Of a stretch of 64,000 nucleotides of DNA, positions 28,890-41,699 are shown piece by piece. Under the pieces are notes generated by a model. That model was not told the origin of the DNA and did no database searches. It saw nothing but the letters and a program-made list of their open reading frames with translations. Within the stretch, counting starts at the first letter, position 1, and every line of letters starts with the position of its first letter. The translations under genes and the position numbers were made by a program. The stretch lies in contig NIVC01001331.1 of assembly GCA_002269645.1 (NCBI GenBank), positions 1 to 64,000 on the forward strand, read 5' to 3'. The DNA comes from Macrostomum lignano. Its lineage: Eukaryota.

Positions 28890-29192
28890 ATTAGTCCCAT
28901 TTTATCTCCAATTAGTCCCATTTTATCTTCAATTAGTCCCATTTTATCGCCAATTAGTCCCATTTTATCTCCAATTAGTCCCATTTTATCTCCAATTAGT
29001 CCCATTTTATCTCCGATTAGTCCCATTTTATCTCCAATTAGTCCCATTTTATCTCCAATTAGTCCCATTTTATCGCCAATTAGTCCCATTTTATCTTCAA
29101 TTAGTCCCATTTTATCACCATTTAGTCCCATTTTATCACAAATTAGTCCCATTTTATCACAAATTAGTCCCATTTTATCTTCAATTAGTCCC
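28890..29192. repeat. 21-bp minisatellite in GPCR2 intron 2
   Basis: Unit AATTAGTCCCATTTTATCTCC, ~14 copies. Confidence 0.95.
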
Positions 29193-29301
29193 AAAAAAAT
29201 TCATGTTTAAATCCAAATTTGTATCCATGCATTCATTGCTGCACCTTGAATTTATAAAAGCTGATCCAATCATTTTAAAAATAAATTCCAACACTCCAAA
29301 G

Positions 29302-30124
29302 CGTCGTTGGCGACGAGCTTCTAAGCGAGGGCCTGGCCAGCCTGCTGCCCGGCTTCACCGGGCCGCACAAGACCGACAGAGTGCTGTGCAAAGTGTACGG
29401 CCTGTTCTGGACATTCGGTACTTTCAGCTCCACCAACCTGCTTTGCCTGCTGGCTGTGGACCGCGTGCTGGACCTGATGACGCCGTTCTACCACCGAGTC
29501 CGCATGACCCGCCAGGTGTACCTGACCGTGTTGCTGGCCACTCTGGCCGTCATGCTCGGCGGCTCGGTGCACTCGGCGTTCATATTCGACGCGTTCACCT
29601 ACGCCGGTCGGCCGGTCTGCTACTATTCGACCCTGCCCAGCGTGCTGCTGCGCAGCGTCCTGCAGGCGTACACCAACTTTGTGATCAACGGAGTCTTTGC
29701 CAGCCTGCTCATGCTGCTCTGCAACTGCCTGCTGGCTGTCAAGATCTGCCGCATCAAATCCGGCCGCGGCCTCGCGCCGTCCAGCCAGGAGGCCCGCAGC
29801 GCTGTCACGCTGGTTGCTGCCGGCTGCTACTACCTGGCGTGCGCCCTGCCTAGGGCGGTCTGCTTCTTCTCCATCACAGTCGTGCAGCTCACCTGGCCAG
29901 CTGATGAGCACACAGCCGCGGTGACTGGGATGCTGTTTAGCCTGGCAAATGTGCTCAACTGGCTGTTCTACTGGCAGTGCGGCACCAACTGGCTGCTGTA
30001 CTTTATCCGCCTGCCGGAGTTTAAGGACATCTTCGCCGGCCGTGGCTGCCTCCGCTGCTGCGGCTCCTTCGGTGGAGAACTGCGCTTAGATAATGTCGCT
30101 GGTGGGAGATCCGATAGGGAATAG
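29302..30124 (+). CDS. GPCR 2 exon 3 (TM3-TM7)
   Basis: Acceptor CCAAAG|C, phase 2. Translates to LCKVY..F...NLLCLLAVDRV, CYY, YYLACALPR, NWLLYFIRLPEF. Spliced product is 363 aa. Confidence 0.85.
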
Positions 30125-30190
30125 GTGGTTCATCCTCCTCACCGGAAGTGTTTTGAGTAGGCTGGTTTCATTCGGACCTGGATTTCTTCT

Positions 30191-31600
30191 TCCTCAGATC
30201 CCTACTCCTCAGATCCCTATTCCTCAGATCCCTATTCCTCAGATCCCTATTCCTCAGATCCCTATTCCCCAGATCCATATTCCCCAGATCCACATTCCTC
30301 AGATCCCCAATTCCCCAGATCCATATTCCCCAGATCCACATTCCTCAGATCCCCATTCCTCAGATCCTTATTCCTCAGATCCCTATTCCTCAGATCCCCA
30401 TTCCTCAGATCCTTATTCCTCAGATCCCTATTCCTCAGATCCCCATTCCTCAGATCCTTATTCCTCAGATCCCTATTCCTCAGATCCCTATTCCTCAGAT
30501 CCCTATTCCTCAGATCCCTATTCCTCAGATCCTTATTCCTCAGATCCCTAATCCTCAGATCCCTATTCCTCAGATCCCTATTCCTCAGATCCCTATTCCT
30601 CAGATCCCCATTCCTCAGATCCTTATTCCTCAGATCCCCATTCCTCAGATCCTTATTCCTCAGATCCCTATTCCTCAGATCCCTATTCCTCAGATCCCTA
30701 TTCCTCAGATCCCTATTCCTCAGATCCCTATTCCTCAGATCCTTATTCCTCAGATCCCTATTCCTCAGATCCTTATTCCTCAGATCCCTAATCCTCAGAT
30801 CCCTATTCCTTGGATCCCTATTCCTCAGATCCCCATTCCTCAGATCCCCATTCCTCAGATCCATATTCCTCAGATCCATATTCCCCAGATCCCCATTCCT
30901 CAGATCCCTATTCCTCAGATCCATATTCTCCAGATCCCCATTCCTCAGATCCCCATTCCTCAGATCCTTATTCCTCAGATCCCTATTCCTCAGATCCTTA
31001 TTTCTCAGATCCCTATTCCTCAGATCCATATTCCTCAGATCCATATTCTCCAGATCCCTATTCCTCAGATCCTTATTCCTCAGATTCCTAATCCTCAGAT
31101 CCCTATTCCTTGGATCCCTATTCCTTAGATCCCTATTCCTCAGATCCCTATTCCCCAGATCCCTATTCCTCTGATCCCCATTCCCCAGATCCCCATTCCC
31201 CAGATCCCCATTCCCCAGATCCCCATTCCCAGATCCCCATTCCCCAGATCCCCATTCCCCAGATCCCCATTCCCCAGATCCCCATTCCCCAGATCCCCAT
31301 TCCCCAGATCCCCATTCCCCAGATCCCCATTCCCCAGATCCCCATTCCCCAGATCCCCATTCCCCAGATCCCCATTCCCCAGATCCCCATTCCCCAGATC
31401 CCCATTCCCCAGATCCCCATTCCCCAGATCCCCATTCCCCAGATCCCCATTCCCCAGATCCCCATTCCCCAGATCCCATTCCCCAGATCCCCATTCCCCA
31501 GATCCCCATTCCCCAGATCCCCATTCCCCAGATCCCCATTCCCCAGATCCCCATTCCTCAGATCCCTATTCCTCAGATCCCTAGTCCTCAGATCCCTATT
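30191..31600. repeat. 15-bp minisatellite (CAGATCCCTATTCCT to CAGATCCCCATTCCC)
   Basis: The variant unit grades into the same unit as 27103-28592. Confidence 0.95.
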
Positions 31601-31654
31601 TTTCTTTGTTTTTTCTGCTGATGCTCTGTTTGATAGGATTCTAAATTCTCACAT

Positions 31655-32218
31655 TTCCCACAGATCCCTGTTCCCCACAGATCCCTGTTCCCCACAGATT
31701 CCTGTTCCCCACAGATCCCTGTTCCCCACAGATTCCTGTTCCCCACAGATCCCTGTTCCCTACAGATCCCTGTTCCCCACAGATCCCTGTTCCCCACAGA
31801 TCCCTGTTCCCTACAGATCCCTGTTCCCCACAGATCCCTGTTCCCCACAGATCCCTGTTCCCCACAGATCCCTGTTCCCCACAGATCCCTGTTCCCCACA
31901 GATCCCTGTTCCTCCCAGATCCCTGTTCCCCACAGATCCCTGTTCCTCCCAGATCCCTGTTCCCCACAGATCCCTGTTCCCCACAGATCCCTGTTCCCCA
32001 CAGATCCCTGTTCCTCCCAGATCCCTGTTCCCCACAGATCCCTGTTCCTCCCAGATCCCTGTTCCCCACAGATCCCTGTTCCCCACAGATCCCTGTTCCT
32101 CCCAGATCCCTGTTCCCCACAGATCCCTGTTCCTCCCAGATCCCTGTTCCCCACAGATCCCTGTTCCTCCCAGATCCCTGTTCGCCACAGATGCCAATTT
32201 CCCCACAGATCCCCACAG
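31655..32218. repeat. 17-bp minisatellite (CAGATCCCTGTTCCCCA)n
   Basis: About 33 copies. Confidence 0.95.
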
Positions 32219-32991
32219 TGTTCAGTGACTTCCAGTCACGGGATTCTCAGCCTCATTAGCAGGCAAAGCGATTTGATGAGCACTAGATATGGACAGAAGC
32301 GACCGCAATAGTTTAGTTGCAAAAGACGCAATGATTTCCTGACAAAAATTAAGTTTACAAAGACTGTCTGAAAGAGTGTTGTTCAAGTACGAGTCAAATA
32401 CACGAGCAATCAAAGCAAAATGCAATTCCAACTTATTGAATTTGCAGCACCAGATAAAAAGCCTTTTGCTTTCCTGTTGCTGTCTTCAGTTACCTGACAA
32501 CACCTGCTGAGATAAGTCAGGGCTTGTGCTTTTTTAATTGACTGACCCCAGCAGGTCAACTAGAAGCATTTGCACCCGAGAGTCCCAGTGCATACGGACC
32601 TCTATATCAAGCGAAAAATATATATCCTAAAAATATGAAAATAACAAGATATCAAGAGATTAAATCTAACTGGTGGCACTTGGCTGCATGCCAGGCCCAG
32701 CAAGTGACATCGCTTTGAGTCTTGACCAATTTTATCGCCAACTGGTATAAGGTAAGGTGCAAGCGACACTTCTCACCTTAATCGTCAGAGGTGAAAGTCA
32801 CGTGTCCCACTTAAGGTTAATCAGCACGCCGCTATCTCTGCGCCCACTCTTTTTAAATAAATGTCACCCATAATTTCGCTTGTCTTTAAGCGGCTGGAAA
32901 ACATTAAAAAAAGTGTAAATTCGATTTGAGTAAAAAAAATACGTGTTTCTCTTGCTGTGTGCTCTTGAAAGTAAAACCATATTTGCAGACA

Positions 32992-33019
32992 ATGACAGAT
33001 TTCGTGGTGCACAACAATG
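32992..33019 (+). CDS. Dab: Disabled-like PTB adaptor, putative exon 1
   Basis: ATG ACA GAT TTC GTG GTG CAC AAC AAT G|GTGAGT. Phase 1 matches the acceptor at 34876. It could instead be an internal exon (acceptor TTGCAG at 32988). Confidence 0.55.
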
Positions 33020-33035
33020 GTGAGTTTATCTATTA

Positions 33036-33927
33036 ACTGTCTGGTATTCACCTGCCTACTGTCTGATATTTACCTGCTTACTGTCTGGTATTTACCTGCC
33101 TACTGTCTGGTATTTACCTGCTTACTGTCTGGCATTTATCTGCCTACTGTCTGGTATTCACCTGCCTACTGACTGGTACTTCAAGTATTTACCTGCTTAC
33201 TGTCTGGTATTTACCTGCCTACTGTCTGGTATTTACCTGCCTACTGTCTGGTATTTACCTGCCTACTGTCTGGCATTTATCTGCCTACTGTCTGGTATTT
33301 ACCTGCTTACTGTCTGGTATTTACCTGCCTACTGTCTGGTATTTACCTGCCTACTGTCTGGTATTTACCTGCCTACTGTCTGGTATTCACCTGCCTACTG
33401 TCTGGTATTTACCTGCCTACTGTCTGGTATTTACCTGCTTACTGTCTGGTATTTACCTGCTTACTGTCTGGTATTTACCTGCCTACTGTCTGGTATTTAC
33501 CTGCCTACTGTCTGGTATTTACCTGCTTACTGTCTGGTATTTACCTGCTTACTGTCTGGTATTTACCTGCCTACTGTCTGGCATTTACCTGCTTACTGTC
33601 TGGTATTCACCTGCTTACTGTCTGATATTTACCTGCCTACTGTCTGGTATTTACCTGCCTATTGTCTGGTATTTACCTGCTTACTGTCTGGTATTTACCT
33701 GCTTACTGTCTGGTATTTACCTGCCTACTGTCTGGTATTTACCTGCTTACTGTCTGGTATTTACCTGCCTACTGTCTGGTATTCACCTGCCTACTGTCTG
33801 GTATTCACCTGCCTACTGTCTGGTATTTACCTGCCTACTGTCTGGTATTTACCTGCTTACTGTCTGGTATTTACCTGCTTACTGTCTGGTATTTACCTGC
33901 CTACTGTCTGGTATTCACCTGCTTACT
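33036..33927. repeat. 22-bp minisatellite
   Basis: Unit CTGTCTGGTATTTACCTGCCTA, ~40 copies. Confidence 0.95.
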
Positions 33928-34377
33928 GTTACACCTTATTTACCTGGTTGCTATTTGGTATTTACATGGGAGGGAAGTCATTCATTTACTACAGTGACCT
34001 GTAATTACAATGTTGGTAGAAACGAACTCCCTGCGAAAACAATTAGCCAGTTTACGACGTAATTAGTTTTTTCAGCTAAAGACGTGATAATTAAATTTGT
34101 GCATTGGCTAATGGCAGAAAACCGGAAAACATTAAGCAATTTTAACTGCAATTTTGATCTTTTTTTCATTCATCGTCTGCAGTAGCTCTTTGTATCATAC
34201 CAATTCATTTTCCAACTGTCATTCTTTAATAATTACTTTAATTACCGCTATCTTTGCTGGATCCTTTGTAGTCGCTAATTTTTGTTCAAAATTTAAAGTA
34301 ATTAAAAAGTAACAAAATAAAATTTCTTGGTTTGAAGCCAAGCATCTTCTACATGGGAAAGTCTATGAGCTGCTCTA

Positions 34378-34860
34378 GAAACAGCAGGACACCCCACAGC
34401 TACCCATGCAGACACCCCAGCAGGACACCCCACAGCTACCCATGCAGACACCCCATGAGGACACCCAACAGCTACCCATGCAGACACCCCATGAGGACAC
34501 CCCACAGCTACCCATGCAGACACCCCATGCAGACACCCCATGAGGACACCCCACAGCTACCCATGCAGACACCCCATGCAGACACCCCATGAGGACACCC
34601 CACAGCTACCCATGCAGACACCCCATGAGGACACCCCACAGCTACCCATGCAGTCACCCCATGATGACACCTAACAGCTACCCATCCAGACACCCCATGA
34701 GGACACCCAACAGCTACCCATCCAGATACCCCAGCAGGAGACCCCAGAGCCATGTTCAGCCCCAGCAGGACACCCCAGAGCCATGTTCAGCCCCAGCAGG
34801 ACACCCCAGAGCCATGTTCAGCCCCAGCAGGACACCCCAGAGCCATGTTCAGCTCCCACA
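34378..34860. repeat. Compound 36-bp and 31-bp minisatellites
   Basis: CAGCTACCCATGCAGACACCCCATGAGGACACCCCA followed by GAGCCATGTTCAGCCCCAGCAGGACACCCCA. Confidence 0.9.
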
Positions 34861-34875
34861 CCAAACCCCCTCCAG

Positions 34876-35273
34876 ACCGGCCGACTCTGCAGCAGTGCCG
34901 ATTCGAAGGCTCCGGTGTGCTGCACGCGGCCAAGTACCTGGGCTCGGCAGTGCTGGCGGACGGCCAGAGTCAGCTGCTGTGCCAGGAGGCCATGTGGTCG
35001 GTGCTGGCCAGTCTGAAGGGCCGCAAATTGCCAAAGGAGCGGCTGGAGATTCGCCTGTCCCTGGCCGACGGTGTCCAGATCCGCGAGGTGGCGGCTCCCG
35101 ACGGCGCCGGCGGCGTCAGCAAGCTGGACTTGAAGTTCGGCCACAGCGAGATCTCATACGTGTTCAAGGAGCCGAGGGACCAGCGCAGCTGCGGCCTGGT
35201 TCGCACGGAGCCCAACCCGGACAGTCCCGGCCAGACCATCCACAGGTTCTACGCTGTTCGGACAGTCAAGTCG
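34876..35273 (+). CDS. Dab: Disabled-like adaptor exon 2 (PTB domain)
   Basis: RFEGSGV..AAKYLG, LCQEAM, HSEISYVFKE..DQRSCG, HRFYAVRT correspond to the Dab motifs RFKGEGVRYKAKLIG, LCQDSM, HEISYIAKD..DHRAFG, HRFVAIKT. Donor TCG|GTGAGT, phase 0. Confidence 0.85.
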
Positions 35274-35329
35274 GTGAGTGCGGCGTATCTTGGATTTTTT
35301 TGTTTTTTGTTTTGGACTAAAAGACGCGT

Positions 35330-36300
35330 TCCAGTGACTCAGTGGTTACTCCAAGTCACAACTGGCTGTTCCCGTGACTCTGCGGTCACTAAAAGTCACA
35401 ACTGGCCGTTCCCGTGACTCAGTGGTTACTCCAAGTCATAACTAGCTGTTCCCGTGACTCTGCGGTCACTACAAGTCATAACTGGCCGTTCCCGTGACTC
35501 TGCGGTCACTCCAAGTCATCATAACTGACTGTTCCCGTGACTCTGCGGTCACTCCAAGTCACAACTGGCTGTTCCCGTGACTCCTCGGTCACTCCAAGTC
35601 ATAACTGACTGTTCCCGTGACTCTGCGGTCACTACAAATCACAACTGGCCGTTCCCGTGACTCTGCGGTCACTCCAAGTCATCATAACTGACTGTTCCCG
35701 TGACTCTGCGGTCACTACAAGTCATAACTGACTGTTCCCGTGACTCTGCGGTCACTACAAGTCATAACTTGCCGTTCCCGTGACTCTGTGGTCACTCCAA
35801 GTGACTGTTCCCGTGACTCTGCGGTCACTCCAAGTGACTGTTCCCGTGACTCTGCGGTCACTCCAAGTGACTGTTCCCGTGACTCTGCGGTCGCTCCAAG
35901 TCATCATAACTGACTGTTCCCGTGACTCTGCGGTCGCTACAAGTCATAACTGACTGTTCCCGTGACTCTGCGGTCACTCCAAGTGACTGTTCCCGTGACT
36001 CTGCGGTCACTCCAAGTGACTGTTCCCGTGACTCTGCGGTCACTCCAAGTCATAACTGGCTGTTCCCGTGACTCTGCGGTCACTCCAAGTCATAACTGGC
36101 TGTTCCCGTGACTCTGCGGTCACTACAAATCACAACTGGCCGTTCCCGTGACTCTGCGGTCACTCCAAGTCATCATAACTGACTGTTCCCGTGACTCTGC
36201 GGTCACTACAAGTCATAACTGACTGTTCCCGTGACTCTGCGGTCGCTCCAAGTCATAACTGACTGTTCCCGTGACACTGCGGTCGCTCCAAGTCACTGGG
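35330..36300. repeat. 33-43-bp minisatellite
   Basis: Unit GTTCCCGTGACTCTGCGGTCACTCCAAGTCATAACTGGCT with shorter and longer variants. Confidence 0.95.
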
Positions 36301-37099
36301 TGTGACTCCGTGGTCACTCTTAATGAACGCTAGCTGATCCAGTGACTCTGTAGTCACTGCGAGACCGAACTGCAGTGACTCATTTACTGTCAACAAGCAC
36401 TCCGAAAGTGCACTTTCCTAATGAAATTAGTGCTTATAATTTTCAGCTTTACGCTACTCTTAGTAGCATCAATCGAGATGCCATTACTTTCTTTGCTCTG
36501 TGCCATGAAAATCCTACTGCTAGCCAGCTTGAAGCAATATAAAAAATCCATGGTGAAAAAGGTAAAGAATCTCTCGTGTTTGTCAGTTAAAAACCCAACG
36601 GGATGTTTACCCCTGTCCCATCAGGTCCCAGCGTCAAAGATATGCTGTCTTTGCACTGAAGCAAGCGGATAGTGAAAGCTTTCAGGGCACTGGGCATAAC
36701 AGGAAAGACTTGGCATCATTTGAAAGGCAATATTTGCTGTCTGTTGCGCTGAGCAAAGTGTGCTCAGTGTGAGCAGATGCGATCGCGTTCCATCCCAATC
36801 CTTTGGCTTTCCATTTAAACTACACCAACTTCCTCCACCTGTTGCTTGGTCAGGCAAGTTGAGCTCAGGTTCGGTTTGAGTTCGCAATGCAGGATTCTAT
36901 TTATTGAATTTCGCTGAGGCAAGCCAAGCAACGCCTGGCGGAACTGCAGGTCCAGAAAATTTTCTGACTAAGCGAATCTGGCCACACCGAATCAATATTT
37001 GACCTGACAGGTTGGGGAGACGGCAGAAGAGATAAACCAGCTGAGCTGTGTGCCCACCCCCTCAGCTGCAACTGCTTCCTATCCTGCCGAATGACACCT

Positions 37100-37620
37100 G
37101 TGTGGATAGAACAGATAGAACGGATAGAACGCTGTGTGGATGGAACAGGTGGAACAGATAGAACGCTGTGTGGATGGAACAGGTGGAACAGATAGAACGC
37201 TGTGTGGATAGAACAGGTGTAATAGATAGAACACTGTGTGGATAGAACACGAATAGAATAAAGATAGAACACAGATAAAACAAAGACAGAACACAGATAT
37301 AGAACACAGATAGAACACAGATATAGAACACAGATAGAACACAGATATAGAACACAGATAGAACACAGATATAGAACACAGATATAGAACACAGATAGAA
37401 CACAGATAGAACATAGATAGAACACAGATAGAACATAGATATAATACAGATAGAACACAGATAGAACACAGATATAATACAGATAGAACACAGATAGAAC
37501 ACAGAAATAATACAGATAGAACACAGATAGAACACAGATAGAACACAGATAGAACACAGATAGAACACAGATAGAACACAGATAGAGAACAGATAGAACT
37601 CAGATAAAACTCAGATAAAA
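37100..37620. repeat. Purine-rich 11-bp repeat (AGATAGAACAC)n with longer upstream variants
   Basis: Direct inspection. Confidence 0.9.
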
Positions 37621-37885
37621 CGAATTGAGAACACAGTACAGATTTAAAATCCGTCAGTCAGACTGCTTCTAAACTGCGATATTTTATTAGCCAGAAAAGG
37701 ATATTTGAGACTGTCTGCAGTAATTAGTTGCCGCGTGATTTGTTCTCCACAGCAACTCATTTCTGGTTTGTGTCTCTCATGTTCGCTGGGAACTTCTTAC
37801 TGTTCAGCCTTGGTTTGTTTCTTCCCCCTAAACTAATTATGCTGTGACAGTTGACAGCTGACTGTCTCTGGAAACTTAATTTTAG

Positions 37886-37960
37886 GCCAGCCCGCTGATG
37901 AAGGACTTGCGCGATCTGTTCCAGCTGGTGAAGCAGAGACGAGACGAGCAGAGGGCTGAG
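37886..37960 (+). CDS. Dab: Disabled-like adaptor exon 3 (PTB C-terminal helix)
   Basis: Acceptor TTTTAG|GCC. ASPLMKDLRDLFQLV matches the Dab motif AEPVILDLRDLFQLI. Donor GAG|GTAAGA. Confidence 0.9.
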
Positions 37961-37963
37961 GTA

Positions 37964-38102
<139 letters not shown>

Positions 38103-38119
38103 TTCCAACCCTTTCCCAG

Positions 38120-38905
38120 ACGCCGGTCCCAACTGCACCGTCCCAGCCGGCCAGAGCAGAAGTGGCGGCCGAGACCAAGAGCCAGGAACAGCAGTCGGCG
38201 GCAGCGTCGCTAAAGTCGGAGCAGTCGGCGGCGCCGTCTTCGCCGGACCTGCTGGATATCCGGCAGCAGCCGATACGACAGTCAGCCGTCTCCTCGTCCC
38301 TGGGCTCGCTGAACAAGTTGAGCGAACTTTTCAGCTCGCAGGCGTCGCTTGCCAGCAGCGGCGTCGGCGGTGACGGCGGCATCTGCGGCGACGTCGTGTC
38401 GTTCGACCCGTGGGCTTCGCAGCTGCTGCCGCCGCCGCCAGTGCAGATGGCCCGCCAGCTGAGCCAGCCCCACCCAGCGCCAGCCGTCCAGCTGCCAGGC
38501 GAGCCGCTTTTCCGCAAGGCCAGCCATCCGAGCGTGCTCGAACAGCGTCGCCTAAGCAACAGTGTCTATGGCAACAACGGCTACCAAGGCAACAGCAAGA
38601 GGCCGAGCGATCCGGGCGCTCAGTTGGCCTTCTTGCCACCGGATTATTACCAGCGGCTGCAGCAGGCCGAGTACTTTTATCACCTCCAGCAGCAGCAGCA
38701 AGCCTTGGCCCCTGGCCAGTACCACCCGCTGCACCTGTACCAGCAGCAGCAGCAGCAGCTCCTGTACCAGCCAGCTCAGGCAGCTCCGGCCTGGCCCGAG
38801 CAGCCCCTGCTGCCACCAACCAGGGGCACCCAGCTGATCGAAGGTGAATTCGTCAGCGTGTTCGATAGGCCGCCGGAGCTCGAACAGCAGAAGCAGAAGC
38901 AGTGA
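38120..38905 (+). CDS. Dab: Disabled-like adaptor exon 4 (low-complexity S/P/Q-rich tail)
   Basis: Acceptor TTCCCAG|ACG, phase 0. GC3-rich open frame to TGA at 38905. Spliced product is ~428 aa. Confidence 0.75.
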   Translation, partial: TPVPTAPSQPARAEVAAETKSQEQQSAAASLKSEQSAAPSSPDLLDIRQQPIRQSAVSSSLGSLNKLSELFSSQASLASSGVGGDGGICGDVVSFDPWASQLLPPPPVQMARQLSQPHPAPAVQLPGEPLFRKASHPSVLEQRRLSNSVYGNNGYQGNSKRPSDPGAQLAFLPPDYYQRLQQAEYFYHLQQQQQALAPGQYHPLHLYQQQQQQLLYQPAQAAPAWPEQPLLPPTRGTQLIEGEFVSVFDRPPELEQQKQKQ

Positions 38906-38989
38906 ATTTATTAATTGGAGTAATCATGCAGCCAGAGTTTCAACACGAGATATCCTGGCGCCTGCATTCGGCTCAGCTGCGCGCGGTTG

Positions 38990-39535
38990 AAACTTGCTAC
39001 TGTGAAATATTACCTTGTTGCTATGCAATCAAATCTGTTACTAAGCAATGAAACCTTGTTGCTATGCAATCAAATCCCGTTACTATGCAACCAGCTCCAA
39101 TTATTAGGCAACCAAACCTTGTTGCTATGCCATCAACCCCTGTTACTAGGCAACCAAACCTTGTTGCTATGCCATCAACCCCTGTTACTAGGCAACCAAA
39201 CCTTGTTGCTATGCTACCAAACCCTGTTACTAGGCAACCAAACATTGTTGCTGTGCCACCAAACAGTGTTACTAGGTAACCAAACTTTGTTGCTATGCTA
39301 CCAAACCTTGTTACTAGGCAACCAAACCTTGTTGCTATGCTACCAAACCCTGTTACTAGGCAACCAAACCTTGTTGCTATGCTACCAAACCTTGTTACTA
39401 GGCAACCAAACCTTGTTGCTATGCCATCAAACCCTGTTACTAGGCAACCATATCTTGTTGCTATGCTATCAAATCCTGTTACTAGGCAACCATACCTTGT
39501 TGCTATGCCATCAAACCCTGTTACTAGGCAACCAA
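38990..39535. repeat. 39-bp minisatellite
   Basis: Unit AAACCCTGTTACTAGGCAACCAAACCTTGTTGCTATGCY-type, ~13 copies. Confidence 0.9.
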
Positions 39536-40339
39536 AGCCGCGTTGTTAATCAAGAAGAATTCTAAATGTATCAGTAGGCATGCTAATAATTTATTCCAGT
39601 TATAATCAATCAAATACAGCCACATTTCCAAAATGCGAGTTACAGTTTCCCATGTTGCTATGGGCTAAAATTATACAATAATCCGTCAATAATTAATCCG
39701 TCATCAACCGCCTGCTAAGCACTATTGGTACAAATAAATATCGACTAATGCGATTCTAAACCTGTCATTAGACGGCATATACCTTTCTACGAGTATACGG
39801 CTTTCACATGGACAGCCGAAGCAGAAGGCCGCGCTGCCCAGTCTTTGCTGCCTGCAATAAAACCGAGCTCAGAACCGCGTGCAACTCTGCAAGCTGGAAA
39901 ATCAATGCTGAGAAATATCACGATCGGGCAAATACAAGCCGGAGTTGAATGATAGTCAGAGGGCCTGGCGTGTCTCAAACTTGAGTCTGCTAATCATTGC
40001 AGTCTGCCCAAATTGCAGTGGACTCACCTGGCCGTCTATAGGGGCCTAGATTGGGGGAAAATCTTCCCTAAAACCCCTCAGAACGCGGCAGGTAATGCAT
40101 TGCCATTAATGGCACAATTTGACTGAGTGGCTGAGCCTCCGTTCCTCCTCAGCGATTTCCAAAAGCGTGCGTCGGAGTTTTATAGGCCTTTGCTTATCTG
40201 CAATGCGATTAAGGATTAACAGTCCCACAGAGAAACAGAGGGTGACGGAGGATTTCACAAGACCTGGATTATGAAAGTGACGGCTTAGCACTTGTTGCCC
40301 ATGTGAAAGTTAGGTATTGTGAAAGTGGCATCTCTAGCT

Positions 40340-41103
40340 CCCCATCTTTCTGCCTCTCTCCCATCTCTCTGCCTCTCTCCCATCTCTCTGCCTCTCTCCC
40401 CATCTCTCTGCCTCTCTCCCCATCTCTCTGCCTCTCTCCCATCTCTCTGCCTCTCTCCCATCTCTCTGTCTCTCTCCCCATCTCTCTGCCTCTCTCCCCA
40501 TCTCTCTGCCTCTCTTCCCATCTCTCTGCCTCTCTCCCATCTCTCTGCCTCTCTCCCATCTCTCTGCCTCTCTCCCATCTCTCTGCCTCTCTCCCATCTC
40601 TGCCTCTCTCCCATCTCTCTGCCTCTCTCCCATCTCTCTGCCTCTCTCCCATCTCTCTGCCTCTCTCCCATCTCTCTGCCTCTCTCCCATCTCTCTGCCT
40701 CTCTCCCATCTCTGCCTCTCTCCCATCTCTCTGCCTCTCTCCCATCTCTCTGCCTCTCTCCCATCTCTCTGTCTCTCTCCCCATCTCTCTGCCTCTCTCC
40801 CCATCTCTCTGCCTCTCTCCCATCTCTCTGCCTCTCTCCCATCTCTCTGCCTCTCTCCCATCTCTCTGCCTCTCTCCCATCTCTCTGCCTCTCTCCCATT
40901 TCTCTGCCTCTCTCCCCATCTCTCTGCCTCTCTTCCCATCTCTCTGCCTCTCTCCCATCTCTCTGCCTCTCTCCCATCTCTCTGCCTCTCTCCCATCTCT
41001 CTGCCTCTCTCCCATCTCTCTGCCTCTCTCCCCATCTCTCTGCCTCTCTCCCATCTCTCTGCCTCTCTCCCATCTCTCTGCCTCTCTCCCATCTCTCTGC
41101 CTC
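40340..41103. repeat. 19-bp pyrimidine-rich minisatellite (CATCTCTCTGCCTCTCTCC)n
   Basis: About 40 copies. Confidence 0.95.
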
Positions 41104-41699
41104 TTTCTGTGTCAAAGTCTCGCCCTCATATTTCTTCCTTTCCTTTCCTCAAATGTGTCATTTCTCGTTAAGTTTTAATTATGAACCAATTTCAAACTGA
41201 TCTATTGTATTCTAGTCCATACAAAATATTATAGTACTCCCTGACTAGAAGTCCTTGGGCGGCTTACGCCCTCCGCCCCCACCCCGCAACTCGATATCAG
41301 CCAGTGCATGCAGCATTAGATCAGCGTGGGACGGCGGTGTTCCCAGCAACTAATCCCTGATATAGGTGCACCCACTGGTTGCTTGGCGCTCAGAAGATAG
41401 GGCGAGGCAATAATGAATGCACAGTTCCTATGGTATATCTTCTTCCAATCTCTCAATTAAACCCAGCAGTAATATTGCCTAACCCTCGCTCTCATGCCCG
41501 CCGTCGAATCCCATAAAAACTGGCAATCCCCCCCCCCCGAGAGGCCTTGGCAACAGCAAACACAGCTGTGTTGTTTTGGAGTGGCTCCGCTGTTTGCGAT
41601 TATCATAGCAAAGCTGTGCTATGGACTCGTTCTGGCGTACGTGAAAGGGTATTCAAAATTTAATGTCTACATAACCCAGTACTTCTTTTAACTGCTTTA

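Noticed and set aside
29321-29911. Antisense ORFs over GC-rich exons (also 38331-38819, 47112-47498, 49685-50491)
   Set aside because: Shadow ORFs of genuine coding sequence with no independent motifs.
27066-32228. GMGIW/GNGDL/GSGEW repeat ORFs up to 510 aa
   Set aside because: Frame-independent read-through of 15- and 17-bp arrays, antisense to a real GPCR.
36400-37100. Unique sequence in Dab intron 2 as an extra exon or TE relic
   Set aside because: All frames are interrupted, no motif was recognised, and the PTB alignment is continuous without it.
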